Source: Callorhinchus milii
Taxonomy: Eukaryota
NCBI RefSeq assembly: GCF_018977255.1
Contig: NW_024704742.1
Location: 87,422,001 to 87,486,000 of the forward strand
DNA: 64,000 nucleotides
Direction: 5' to 3'
The translations under genes and the position numbers were made by a program. Below are positions 48,938 to 62,018 of the stretch, one piece after another (position 1 is the first letter of the stretch; each line of letters opens with the position of its first letter). The notes beneath the pieces were generated by a model that was given only the letters and a program-made list of their open reading frames with translations, was not told the DNA's origin and did no database searches.

Positions 48938-51536
48938 TTGTTTCCGTGTCAATTACTGTATTTTCCAATAAATTGCCATCTGCTTTCTCTTTCTACCTCG
49001 TTCCCTTTCTTCCCCAAAACCTTAATTGTCCAACTATTTACCTATTGTATTTACTCCTATTTGAGGCACCCCTGAATCTTTATGCAGCCCACCATCTTTA
49101 TGGGAGTTGTGTGTGGGTGTGTTGCCTGGCCCATTAATGAGACTTGTTGGATTGCACATATCTTGAAGTTTAGGCAACTTGCTAGCAAAATTCATTGCCA
49201 CTGTTTATGCTTTAATTCCTAGTAACCATTGGCATGCTTGTTGCTCTAGCTCCATGTTAACAATCTTAATTGATCCACTAAGATGCAGCTTTGCGTGCCA
49301 AAAATCACTGGCAATATCATAATCTATTATTTCTCCCATATTAACAAGTTTGTCACAGAATTGGTTTCAGTTTCCAACTTGGAACTTATTTGTCTTTTAG
49401 ATGTAATTCAATCTAACATTAGGAAATCCTCCCAGGGGAATATGGACTTGGAACAGGACTGAAATCTTCAGAGAAATAACCCCATGGCCTGCTGCTGCTG
49501 TCAAAAACGTGGGAACATATTTCTAGTGTTATGCTGATTTCTGTATATAAGTGACGTGGAATATCTGACCCATTGGATAAGATGCAGTTAGAATCTGTGA
49601 TGTACAATGGTCATGGGAGCACATTGATATCCAGTCCATTTGTTTGGTGAATTTTCTTCTATCAGGACGTTGAATGTGTTGATATAAAACAGGTACAAAT
49701 CTTGTTTTATTTAAAGATAAGCAATGATTAGATAGTTGGGAGCAGCAGTGAGCATAACTACAGTAAATTTATTGATGAGGGATTTAAAAAATATATTTTC
49801 TACAGAATGGGGAAGAGCTAGCCAGTGCCTGCAGTTCTGCCTTGTGAACGTGCATCCTAACTTGTCACTGGGTAGAAAGCCAATGGGCAGAAGTAATAAT
49901 TGAACAAATTAACCAGGTTTTAATGTAAACTTTACCAGGATAGTAGGTTTTAGTTTTCAGATCCACTATCACTGTGCACGTTCATTTGTTAAAATGTGTG
50001 CATTAAGTTATCAACCCAGGAATTGTTGAAATATCAATCTGTGTAAGTTGTGTGATGAGGAATGCTTGAATCTAATGTGCACGTGACAAGGTCTTTAATT
50101 TTCAGTAAACTTTCTGTACCATTTGCTTAGACTCCAGCCTCAGACGAGGAGCGCTTCCAAGTGTGACTTTTCTATTTCTTCACCAGCTGCTCTTGGGACT
50201 ACTCTGTGAATAAGATTTATAGTTCATAATAATCCTTGAATTTGATAGTGCCTTATCACGTCATCAAGATGTCTCAAAGCTTTTCCCAGGATATACTGTA
50301 AAATGGAACAGCTGTATTTCGTAGGTGAAATGATTCTGCCGATTTGTCAGAAATTTGTGCTGTGAAATCTGACTTGTAGGAACTGGGTTGAAAACTGCTG
50401 AAAAATATTTTCACGTTGGAAATGTACAACTAGGATAGAGGTACGTTTCCAGCAGAATTTAATCACTGAGCATTTTGGTGAGACTGCACCAGCTCATAAT
50501 GTCATTCTCATGCCCGTTTAATGCACTGGCCTCAGGGACTTAGATTTATTCTGTTCATGTAACATTTTAGTGTCCAGAATTTAGCACATTTTTAAATGCA
50601 GCTTTTTTGTTGCTGTAAGTTTGTTTTGTTAAAAAGCTACAGAAAACGAATTTCAAAGTTGAGACAATTTTGAATCAACAATTTCCCACATTGTGTACGC
50701 TCTATAAAGCTACATACATAAAACAAATCTAGACCCAGGTGGAATTTCATACCCCCTGGTGGTGAGAGGAATGCAAAACACCACTCATTTGAGCCTATAT
50801 GAGGATAAGAAACTGTATTTCATGACACATTTTGCTCAGGCATTCTCGGCTCACTTGCTCTGCTCAGAATGACCAAAGTTGGGAAAATCTAGCATTAAAC
50901 AAAAGATTATATGCACCCAATTGTATCAGTTTGCTGTGAAATACTTAGTTGACATCCTGCATGCTGTATTCAATATGCGTGACTGAGGAAATGCTTATGT
51001 CTCCTAAAGTATCTATATTCAGGCTTTACTGCATCTTCTGCCAGTTGGCAAAGTTTTTCATAGCCTTTTTATTGTACGCTGCTTAATTCAAGCTGATGAG
51101 ACGTTCCAAAGCAAAGAGAGCGTGCCGCAACTAATGCAGATTTATCTTTGCTGATCTGCTTCAGATGGATTTATCCAGTGTGCAAAGGATAGATGCTTGT
51201 AAGTGACCTGACCCAAGTAGTGCTTTCTTGGGCTTCGTTCCATCAGTTTGTTTGTCTGATGCTTCAAACATAATGGGCCTCGCAGGGCAACTTTCCATCA
51301 CAATAGGCTGGGCTTTGTGCAGCTGGGTTGTCACAATCTGTGCCAGTCTTGTTTCCATAGCAAAATGTGATCGCTGATTAGCTGTGTTTAGATTAAGTGG
51401 TGAGTGATGTAAAGGATTGCCATGAGATTCTATACAATCTTCATCTGGGGCTGTATTGACCAGTGCTTTACTGCAGTGCCTCCCTTGTGTCGTGTTTCTC
51501 TTCCTGTTGGCTGCGCTTGCTTCTCTTGCCCATTGT

Positions 51537-51770
51537 GGAGACCTTTAGCATATTGGTTAGAGAACTCACCTCGCAAACGAGAGGATCTAGGTTCAATTCT
51601 TGGGCGAATCCTTAGGTAAGTTTCCTTACTCCATACACCTTTGTCTGCCTAGCAGTAAATAGGAACCCGGTTGTTAATCAATTAGCGAATCGCTTTCCGG
51701 GAGTAATAATCCCTCAAAAAAAACATTTGGTCACTCAATCCACGACTATTTATGGGACACTTCTGCGTGA
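51537..51770 (+). mobile_element. tRNA/Deu-domain SINE, long form, 3'-truncated
   Basis: GGTTAGAGAACTCACCTCGCAAACGAG head, CCTAGCAGTAAATAGGAACCCGG segment. Confidence 0.85.
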
Positions 51771-52197
51771 AATTTTCCTGTTTAACTACAGTATTTTCTT
51801 TTTATTGTGGAGAGGGGAAGAAGAAAGTTGACTTTTGTAAAATGAAGAACTGAAACTTTAATCTTGTTTCAAGTAAGGATTCAAAGTGAAACTTCTTTCT
51901 TTCCAATGCAATTTTTTTAACACAAAAATGAAGCCAGAGTATAGAAATCTAAATTCACCAGTTCATTTCTCTGGATCAGTGAAGTGGCTAAAGGCAGGAA
52001 GTAATTAAAGCTTAAGTGCTGTGTTGTCAAGGGGAAAAACTACCAAATTCCTGACCAGGTCAAGTATCTTTATGTAGATATACAATGAAGTTGCAGACAC
52101 AGAAAATTGGATCTGAAAAATATTAATTTCCTAAGGACCACAGGAAGAAAATGTTTTTAGAACTTCCAGGAATGTGGATTGATCTCCTTAAGAAGTA

Positions 52198-52504
52198 AAT
52201 AATAATAATAATAATATAGCGCTTTTCACATCGGGAGGACGTCCCAAAGCGCTTCACAGAACACACTGTAAAGTGAATTGACTGTATATCTGTGGGCGAA
52301 CGCGGTAGTCAATTGCGCACAGCAATGTCCCACAAACAGTCGTAGATTGAAAATGACCAATTTATTATTTTTGGGGGGTTTTGGAGGGATTATTATTAGG
52401 CGTGTGGAGTAAGGAAACTTGCCCAAGGTTTCGCCCTGCCTGGAATTGAACTCGGGTCTCTTGCTTGCAAAGCGAGTGCTCTAACCACTGAGCTACAGGA
52501 CTCC
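52198..52504 (-). mobile_element. Full-length tRNA/Deu-domain SINE, short form
   Basis: Near-identical to 47333-47638. Confidence 0.93.
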
Positions 52505-53703
52505 ATGAGTTACTAATCAATGAAAACAATAGTTAGGATCCAGCTAACAAATATTTACTGAATAAATGCAGAGAAATTTTAATCCCATATCAGAGCAAAA
52601 GATGATGAGGAAATAAATACTCTGTTTTGTTTGTTGGTGACTTCTAAAGTCTGGGGTGAGGTATGTGGTTGCCTTTTGTCGTCGTTCCATGTAAAGTATT
52701 TGCTAGCCACACCTACTCAATCAGGATTTAAGATAGACTACCACTACGCCAACAAAGACATGTTGAGTTTTAAGTTACCAATTGAACTCACTGCATTGTT
52801 GGTGGATGGAGAGAACACAGCATACCATTTCCTAGTGAGTTGGGACTCTTGACAAGTTTTTAAAGCTGCTACTCGCTAATCTTAAAATAGAATGGGATTT
52901 TGGTTTCTCTCCTGCCCTGAGATTTTCTGAGCTCTGCTTATTTTGTAAAATGTTTTTCCCCAAAAGGTTTTGTGTAGTAACAGTAGTAGGTTCTATACTC
53001 ATTTCATTTAGCGAACAGGGTCCCTGGGGCTTTCAACCAGTCAGTCTATCCTTCATTACTGTTCTTTATTCAGGGTTAATGCATATTGTTTGTTTATTTC
53101 CTTTCCTATTCATGTCTGTAGCCTTCCTTCATTCCAGCACCTGTTTCTAATGTGAATTATGAGTTTTGTACATAGGGCAATTACAGCGCAAGATGTTCAT
53201 ACATGGTATCTCCTGCTCCCACTGTAATATAATATGGCCCGCTGGAGCATGGATTTGCTTTTATAGCACAGGCATCCTATAGACCCACAGTCACTGAATG
53301 TCCAAAGCACTTCCTGCGTGGACCTCCCTGCTTCCTGTGCATTCAGACTGCTCGCTGGAGCGTTACTGACTGACTGGCTGGTTTCTGAAGTGCTGGGCAC
53401 AGGCGCAGGAAGCTGGTCTGTTTTAGCCGTAATCCAGAAGCGACACTGGCTTCAACCTGTGGCCCGGAAATGGGACTGGAAGACATTTTTTCAAAGAGCC
53501 ATTTTATGGATGCAAAACACTATTATAATCATCAATAATCTTTGCATTTGCTACAGCTCCTCATCACGTCATTGAGACGTCCCAAAGTGTTGTCCAGAAT
53601 ATTCTGTAAAGTGGAATCATTGTGTATTTTGTGGGTGAAAAGGGCTTGCTGAAATAGGGGATAATCAGCTTGTCTTGTATTTCAGCATTACGAGACTCCA
53701 CTG

Positions 53704-54018
53704 CAGGGGTCCCAAGTTGGACTCCGTGGACACTTTGGGTGGGTGGGGGATTGCAAAGCATGGGAGACCGGAAGTCCAAAAGCTGTGGAAGCCTCGTTGG
53801 ACTATGGACTAATGAGTGGTTGAAGAAGGTGCATGGTTCTAGTGCAAGATACTTCAGGGCATCCTTATGTGGAGGCTGTGAGGGAGGGAGGCCTCACTGC
53901 GTTGCAAGGGGCTTGATATCCCGACTGGGGGTGGGGGGGTGGCCTTGATATCCCGTCCGGGGGGGAGAACCTTGATATCCTGGGGGGTCCTTGAGCCCAG
54001 AAAGTTTGGGAACTCCGG
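53704..54018. mobile_element. hAT-like non-autonomous element with three internal CTTGATATCC repeats
   Basis: CAGGGGTCCCAA ... TTTGGGAACTCCGG termini; target-site duplication not preserved. Confidence 0.55.
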
Positions 54019-54832
54019 TTCTGTAAAGAGTTGTTGTTTAGCATTTACCTCTTCCTCCTCTTGCCAGACAGCTGATCAGCGTGTACTCTAACCCACTGTA
54101 CTTACCTTGTCATTTATCCAGCACTCTGAGACACTATCTTGAGTGAAGGGCACTATACAAGTGCAAGTTGCTATTTAAACTGAGTTGCTGTTTCTTGCTA
54201 CACAACATTAAATGTGTGGACAGTTATTGCTACGGACAAGTTGAGACCATGCAGTAATCGAATGATGCAACCAGCTGTTGGCTTATGGTGTGTTTGAGTG
54301 AAGAGTGCACACTGCAGCTCTGCTACACAATCGCTGGACGACTCCTTGTGGCTGAACTGGCTCCAAGGTGAGATGCTTGGTAATGGAATGTTTGAATCCA
54401 GACAACCCTCTGTGGCGGGCTCCATAGTGTTGTTCCTGAGCCAGGCGGGTCCACGGTACTCCAGGGCACTGCTGCTGACAGCACAGCCAGTCTAGATTGT
54501 CAATGGGAGTTGAGCGGCAGAGATTCTTTTCATTGGGCTCCTTTTAAGAATGCAAGCCAAAGCCTTAACTGGTAGGGTGGCAAGCAGTGAAAAAATTGCC
54601 AGCCAGCCAAGCTGTCTCAATGGAAAGCATTGTTTAGCTAGTTAAAATGCAGCAGTGCCCTGAATATACACTCTGTGGTCGTTAAACTTTGGTAAATGTG
54701 AGCCTAATATTCTGGAATTAGGTGAGAATGGTGTGTCCCCCAGGAAGAGAGTGACAATTCCATTCCAGGCAAAAGGCAAATTCTCAATGTAGATAGCATG
54801 CACAGAGTTCTCTCTGGTTTGGATACGACTAC

Positions 54833-55198
54833 TAATAATTAATCCTTACATTTGATATAGCGCTTTTCACGTCTTCTAGGCGTTTCAAAGCGCTTCACAG
54901 AATATACTGTAAAGTGAATTGACTGAATATTTGCTACCGTAAAACACGGCAGCCAATTGCACACAGCAGTGTCCTACAAGCAATCATAGATTGAATGACC
55001 AAATTATTTTTTTTTGAGTAATTATTATCCATGGGAAAAGTGATCCACCAATCAACTAACAACCGGGTTCCTACTTACTGCTAGGTAAATGGAGGAGTGT
55101 GGAGTAAGGAAACTTGCACAATATTTTGCCCTGTGGGAATAGTTCCCAAGTCTCACGCTTGCAAGGCGAGTGCACTAACCACTGAGCTACACGACTCC
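54833..55198 (-). mobile_element. Full-length tRNA/Deu-domain SINE, long form
   Basis: Colinear with 1789 and 17879. Confidence 0.92.
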
Positions 55199-55442
55199 AC
55201 AGGGATGAGCAGCAGACATGGGTGTGACTTGACCTACTTTAGAATGCTGTATTGAACACACACACGCTAACACTCTCAGAAACACTCTCACACACACAAT
55301 AACAATATCATGGTGGAACGTGTGTCTCTCCCTCCACTTGAGTCTGTTGTGTCTTGTGTGGGAGATGGACTGTGTTTGACACTATACTCAGGGGCACCGG
55401 TGTGAGTCACCAGGTCACTGCTTGGGTCAAATCGAGAGTGTC

Positions 55443-55593
55443 AGAGAGAGAGAGAGAGAGACAGACAGAGAGAAATGGATAGTCTGTAAAAGGGAGAGAC
55501 AGCGAGAGAGAGAATGAAAGAGGTTGAGAGAGATAGAGCGAGAGAGAATGAGAGACAGAGTAATAGACATAGAGCGTGAATGAGAGTAGAGAG
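55443..55593. repeat. Degenerate (GA)n microsatellite
   Basis: AGAGAGAG/GACA units. Confidence 0.9.
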
Positions 55594-55601
55594 CTCTATA
55601 T

Positions 55602-55658
55602 CTCCATACTATTAAGCATAGTGATGGGTTTCCAAATGTGTCAGACATCCGGCTGACC
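55602..55658 (-). repeat. Unclassified GGTCAG repeat family, inverted copy
   Basis: Reverse strand reads GGTCAGCCGGATGTCTGACACATTTGGAAACCCATCACTATGCTTAATAGTATG. Confidence 0.8.
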
Positions 55659-55866
55659 AAAATATTCAGACATTTACCATTTATTTGCTAGTTAGTTTCT
55701 AAGGTTCGTTAAGGCTGACAAGCAAGCTCCTAACTTACATTATGTATCTTAAAGCTGGTGCAGCATTTGAAGGAGGGTTTTCTAAAGGTTTGCTTTCCAC
55801 AAGAATTAATTAAACAACAGCCAGTTTAGGACAGTGAGGTTACTATCTCAATTTTGTGTTTTTTTT

Positions 55867-56084
55867 GGTCAGTGTGTCTGACACATGCAGAACCCCATCA
55901 CCGTGCTTAAGAGTATCCAAACCAAACTGAGGGCTCCATTCATCCCATCTACACACGGAAAACCCAGCAATAGATTGTTGGAATGGAATGCGCACTCTCT
56001 CCCTGGAGGAACGTATCCTGCTTGCCTAATTCCAGAAAGTATTAGGTGCAGGTTGACAAGAGCCAAGACTTGGTGACCCCAGGG
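55867..56084 (+). repeat. Unclassified GGTCAG repeat family, longest copy
   Basis: T-run then GGTCAGTGTGTCTGACACATGCAGAACCCCATCACCGTGCTTAAGAGTATCCAAACC...CCCCAGGG. Confidence 0.85.
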
Positions 56085-57165
56085 TGTGCGTTGGGGTACT
56101 GTTGGAGTCTAACCAGCTAAAACCATATAGCTTGTCATTGATATTGCTGTCTAGCAAGCTTTGCCGCTGCTTGTCGAGCTCGGACCGTCCTACCCAGGGT
56201 TAACGGGAGCTGAGTGGATGACTCCCTGCCCCCAGTAACTGGTCTGCCCTTCCAGGCCCTGCCAATGATCCAGGCTGACTGTGCTGGCATCAGCAGCTCT
56301 GGAATATTGCGAACCCGCCTGGCTCAGGAACTGGACTTCCAGTTCAGCTCCAAGGTGACACCGCTTGGTATCTCGGTAATCTCATCGAAGTAGCACAAAC
56401 TCTGTTGAAAATAGCCTATTTCTGTCTATAATTCCAAAATGGTGGGTTTCTACCTGCCTGTTGTTCTGCAGAGGAAGCTTTCTGTTCCGACAGCTAGGGC
56501 GTGTAACGAGAGAAGTCAAACAATGGAATCCTCAACTTTGTTTGATTTTAATAAATGCAACCTTTGAATTTCATCAGCTAAGTACTGTCAGAAAAAGCAT
56601 GTGAAATGTCACCTTTGATCAGTTGTGTCATGTTTTGAACAGCTTTCAGTGAGCTGCTATTTATCTGTTTTTAATAAAAAGTGCTGAGAGATGTGGCTGA
56701 CTCCTTGATCTCCAGGTAAATGGGTTTGGGTTTTGCCGGCATCATAATGCAAACCCTGGACTAAATAAACTACTGATATCACCCATTATAGTTTTTTTTA
56801 AAATTAACTGTTTACTTGTGCAAACGTGGTTCAGACCTCCATCCAAAGCAACTGAAAAGCCTGCTGAAGATTGAGTGTTTACTTAAACAATGACTGCTCT
56901 TCAGATGGTGTTCCCACTGCTGTGTAATATCCAGTGACGTCTGGTGGAGGTGTGTGCAAATGGATGTCAGGACCAGGACAGGTTATGGGTTCTGTTGTGA
57001 TTCCTATCGCCTCGGATTATAGGTGAATATTAGCTCATTGGGAATGTACCCTCTGAAATTCGCCACCTAAACCCGTATCCCAGGTAATGTGTAGTGTCTC
57101 GAGACATCTTTGGGTGGAAAACTAAATTTTACCAATCGTGCGTTTCATTGCCAATAACCTTTGTA

Positions 57166-57315
57166 GGAGTCCTGTAGCTCAGTGGTTAGAGCACTCGTTT
57201 TGCAAGTGAGACACCTGGGTTCATTGGAATTGGGGTACAGATCAGCCATGATCATAAAGAATGGAGGAACAGGCGCGAGGGGCTGAATGGCCTACTCCTG
57301 TTCCTATGTTTCTAT
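57166..57315 (+). mobile_element. SINE tRNA head fused to a CR1 3' tail
   Basis: GGAGTCCTGTAGCTCAGTGGTTAGAGCACTCG...GGGTTCA then GATCAGCCATGATC...GGGGCTGAATGGCCTACTCCTGTTCCTATG. Confidence 0.85.
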
Positions 57316-58052
57316 AAATGGGAACATGAAGATCCTGGAAGTTGACCAATTTAGCCCAAGGCACTTGGGAAGCGAGCAGGCCTCATAGCACCAAACCCAA
57401 TTTTTGCAGTCTACTTATAGCCGGGGTTCAGATTTTTGTATTCAACCATTGCGTGATATCAAGGCTCTGCGATAGATATTTACATTTTACATAATTGCAT
57501 TTTGTAAACGGCCAGTTTGTGAACCTTCAGTGTTGGAGTAGCAGCACTTCATGGTTGGACTGGAGCAACGTGTTACATTTGTGCAATGTTTGCTAACAGC
57601 CTTGATGCATCCCTTCATTACACCTCACTAACTATCTACCTTAAACGGCTGTTTTTATACTACAAAGTTGTATTCAGCTTGAGCGTTTTGGCAGTGTTCA
57701 TGCTCACCTCTGCCCTGATTTGTTTTGCATGGTGATGAGTGTTAAATTACCAGTCAGATACAATTAGTGGAAAAAGCTGAGACGATTATGGGGTGACTTT
57801 TATGCAGCCTGTTGTAGATCGGCTGTTTGTGTAGATGTCCCTTTTATACAAAACCTCATATCTTGGATTTCGAACTACTGCCGAGATTTGAAGAAGTAAC
57901 AGTGTTTACAGATCCCAGCATATCAATAACTACAGTGCAAATGAAGCTAAAGCAGATGCTTATTCCACTTCAGATGAAGTTACTTCAGTTATTGTCTCTA
58001 GTTTGCCAATAATACAAAGCCCTTTTGAAATATAAAGCTTCAACAAAAGTCA

Positions 58053-58420
58053 CAGCTTGCATTTATATTGTGGTTTCCAAGTAGAATAATGCTTTGAAGC
58101 ACATCATAGAGATGGAATGGGAGCCTAAGCAGAGTTGGAGATTGTTGGAGGTAGGGTAGTGGAAGGGAAGTGACCAAAGGTGGAGTGAGAGGTAGATTTA
58201 GAAGGACGTATGGTGGGAGGAATATTTTTGGAGATTCCCAGAGAATGTGGGTGGGGTATGTCCAGCTGACCTGAGATGGCAGGGAGGGAGAGTAGGACTG
58301 CAGGAGATCACATAACAGAGTGAGTCAGAAGTACGGAGGCACGTGAAATTAAGGAGGATCTTGAAGTCGATCTGCCAGTGTCAGTGAAGTTGCGGAGCCT
58401 GGTGTAGGAGAGAATATAGG
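58053..58420 (-). mobile_element. Decayed L2 fragment
   Basis: CTTGCATTTATAT tail; GAGGATCTTGAAGTCGAT...GCCAGTG is the reverse of the HW..I.FKIL motif. Confidence 0.6.
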
Positions 58421-60581
58421 ATGTGAATCTTCCAGTGCATGCATGTATTGGAAATTTCAGACATGCAAAAGAACTGAAAGCCTGCAATAGATGGACTACC
58501 TAGCTTACTTTAAGCTGTTTATGGCTCATCAATAGCCAAAGAGAGATTGCCAACTGCAGCATTGATGTACATTTTACTCCTGTGAATGGTAGTTGATTTT
58601 TGAGTTGGTGATTCATTAAAGAAACTCATTTTCCATAGCATTTTAAACTAAGTTTGAAAACACAATTTGTTGTGCTTTCCTATCGTAAAATTGTACTGGT
58701 TAACGGGCCTGATTTTTTTTAATATATAAAGTTCAATTTCTATTGCTACTTTGAGGCTTTTGTGCCTCGGTGAGGTGAGAGAAAGAGGGTTCCTGCCTGC
58801 AGTAATTGTCATCTTGCATATCATAAAAATCTTGACAAGCTTTTTCCTTTATTTTAGCAGCAGATGTGTTTCAATTTAACCACAGAACAAGAGAAAAAAG
58901 AATGCATGTGGCCCTGGGATCTGCTCAAAGGCAGCAACAGTGAAATCTGACTGAGTGAGGCTGACTAATTTCCTGAATAAACTTTATATTTTTTAAAAAG
59001 CAAGATCGTCGCATTGCAAGAACAACAGTAGTTCCCTGTGCCATTGCTAGTGTGTGTTGTGTCTGCATACCCAAAATTGTTCTACGTGGATCATCGCAAC
59101 ATCACTCTAGCAAGTAACTAATTGCCTTGTTTTTCTGAACTGTGGGTAAAAAATTAATTTGCTAGGATTGGGACAGCTGTGAGTCAGTTCGTGAACCGAC
59201 CTGCTGTGTGACTAAACAAACCAGGCTTATTTTTGCTGAAATAGTACCTTTCTGCTGAATTTCTCATTCCTATTCCTAATGGAAAAGCTTTTCGCGGGGG
59301 GAGAACTAGGGAAACGAGTGACACGGTTTGTTGGAACTTTGACCTTTTCAAGAACTGAGTCCCTCCTCTGAGTGATTCATCCAATAATCAGTGTATGGGA
59401 GGGTGTCTCTTTCTGAGAGAATGATTGCTTGGTAGTTTGATCCTCAGTGTACAGCGGTTAAAAAGAGGTTGGCCACTCTGCACATTCATCAACTTTATTG
59501 ACATGAACAAGGGCTCTTCATTGAAAGCATTATTTACCGATGGAATTAAGGAGTTTACAAACAAAGGAACTTCTAATTAAGACTGACACGGGTATGTTTT
59601 TACTTCTGAGTTACTTAACGGATCCAGTGTACTGAGAGGGAATTGGTAGGGTAGTTCTGCAGTTGTTCATACATTTTCATTAGCTCGCTCACAAACTACT
59701 GTATACCAGTTTTTAGTTGAGCAAAGAGCAGCTAACCTTAACATTTTTTTTAAAAGATGAGTTGCATTTTGCGTGGTGCTTACAACTTTTTCTTTATAGG
59801 GTGAATTGGATTTTTTTGTTTGGGTTCTACTTGCCTTTTTGCTCCTTTCTCTGGCTGCTGTGCGTAGTGTCCTCCGAAATCCTGTGATGAGTGTACATAT
59901 TGCCAGAGTATCAAAAATAGATTCAAAGATTCAAAACTCTTATTTTAATTGTGTATTTTTTTACCCTCTTCTCTTTTCTTCCCTACCCCACACCGACTAT
60001 CCCACCCCACACCTCAATATTGCCAGATTCATCTGCTGTTGCTTCAATTGAATAGAGGGCACTCGTACAGAAAATTCTTCTAGAAACATCGGTTGGGGTT
60101 TGGGATTTGGGATTCAAATCTGCACTCTTTCCCTCTACTGTAAAAGAAATATACTTTTACCGCTATTATATTGAAGCAATTGTTGCTTTTAGCAATCTGA
60201 CAGGAGTAAGAACTTTTTCTTCCTAATTTTTCAATTTGTTGTTAATCGAGAGGGTCGTTGCAAAGCCTCCTTCATGCTGCAGTCGAGTTGAGCTACCAAT
60301 TAGTGTGTGATTTCCAACGGTATTGGTGTAAATCCATTCCTAACCTGCTGGTACAACACAAGGGCAAACTGCTGCCTTCATTGGGTGTCCTCCCAGGTCC
60401 TTGGCAAGTAATCTGGGTGTTCATGTTATCTGCTGCAGTTGCATTGGAACAGACATTGTGAAAGAAGTCTACTGTTCATGGCTAACCACTTCATTTTCAC
60501 ACAGTTAAACCAAGCACGAGATTATTGCTACGTAGTGCTACAATGATTTGTCGGCTGTATTGGAGGAGGCAGAAGCATTAA

Positions 60582-61521
60582 CCACTTCACATCCACACAA
60601 GCAACAACAACTTGCATTTATATAGCGCCCTCCACGCGGGGTAGCGTCCCAGAGTGCTTAACACCCGATAAAATTTAAACCCAGATGATTTGCTACAAAG
60701 TGCCAGAATAGAGTACAGGTACACAAAAATAGCCATGCAGCTTAATGCCAGTAATGTTGTCAATACCAGAGATTATAAAGTACAAGCACAGCGTGTCAGA
60801 TTTCCACAACCTTTCTTTTCCCTGAGCTGATAGTCAGGAGAGAAGCTCGCTGGGATAATAAGCAGACTTGCTTCACTTCTCTCTTTCCTCCCTGGTATGA
60901 TTTTTTAAAATCTTGACATTTTGGTCAGTATTGTTTTCTTAAATGTGCATTTCTAAATCTAATATGTACCCAATGACTTGGGGGATAAATACAGTACATA
61001 ATGTATGTGTGGTGTGTGCATTCACATTGCAAGAAATAATGGCCACAGCAGAGTCCATGGACCCAAGGATGTGATAAATACCCTCCATGAATCCATTAAA
61101 CCACCTCTTTTATTTAACAAGTCATTATAAAACTCCACTTTTGTTTGTTTCGAGAATTAATCAACGTGAGTATCACTCACATGTGCATGTCTGAATCGCA
61201 GTGAACTGTGGAAAGTAAGCAAGTTGTGATCTGTCTGCCATAACTTACTCATCCTCGCTATGTTTTGAAGTTGTGCAGCAATGTTGGTCAATGAGTTACT
61301 CTGCGGAACTCACCCACTTCATGCTGAATCCCCTCTTTTTGCTTGTGTGGTCTGCCCGTGGAGTTATTTCTTAAGTTGCCTTGGTGATGACCACATGTGA
61401 CTGGCATTAAAGTATATGCTTGACCGATTTTTTTTTGTGTGTGTGTATATACAGGACACTATTCTGGCACTTTGTAGCTAATTATCTAGTATTTTGATTT
61501 TACTGGGTGGCTGTGAGGTGG
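60582..61521. mobile_element. Non-autonomous piggyBac-like element (940 bp) with long TIRs
   Basis: TTAA|CCACTTCAC ... GTGAGGTGG|TTAA; GCTACAAAGTGCCAGAATAG/CTATTCTGGCACTTTGTAGC and TTAATGCCAGT/ACTGGCATTAA inverted matches; L2-type tail inserted at ~60600-60661. Confidence 0.85.
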
Positions 61522-61842
61522 TTAATGTTAATCCTCCCCCCAAACAATAACAAGGTAGGTGTTCCTTAAAGGGGAAGGAGGCTATAGCGAGTAGCTTCTG
61601 TCCAAAGTGTTCCTTTACTTTCTATTTTCTTTTCTTCCTTTCCGCTTTTCTCACCATCTCTTACCCCATTCCTCTCCTCCCCAAGCTGTTAGAAGTAAAA
61701 CTGTAAATTAACTGCAGGGCATTTAACTGCAGGAAAGGGATATTTCTTTAATCCTGCAATCTGCCTGCTCAGCTGTTGAAATGCTCCAGTGATGTATGTT
61801 AGGAGGAGCCGAGTGCACATGGGAGTGTCTCCATTTGATGTT

Positions 61843-62018
61843 GGTTTGACTCAGCTGGTAGCTCCCTCACCTCTCAGTCAGAACTTGTTGGTTCAAGTTC
61901 CACGTCAAGTCTGTCTTCAGTCAGGCTGGCACTCAGGGCAGTGCTGGGAGTGTGCTGCATTATCAAAATTGTTGCTCAGATGAGGCATTAAACCAGATCC
62001 TGCCTGCCTTTTTCGGTT
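61843..62018 (+). mobile_element. SacSINE1-like 5' fragment
   Basis: GACTCAGCTGGTAGC...CTCAGTCAGAA...GGTTCAAGTTCCAC...GTGCTGCATT...GATGAGGCATTAAACC. Confidence 0.7.

Noticed and set aside
56256..56354. 99-nt open candidate exon (ALPMIQADCAG...)
   Set aside because: Peptide unrecognised, weak donor, and the sequence is an inverted copy of 54430-54500, so probably repeat-derived
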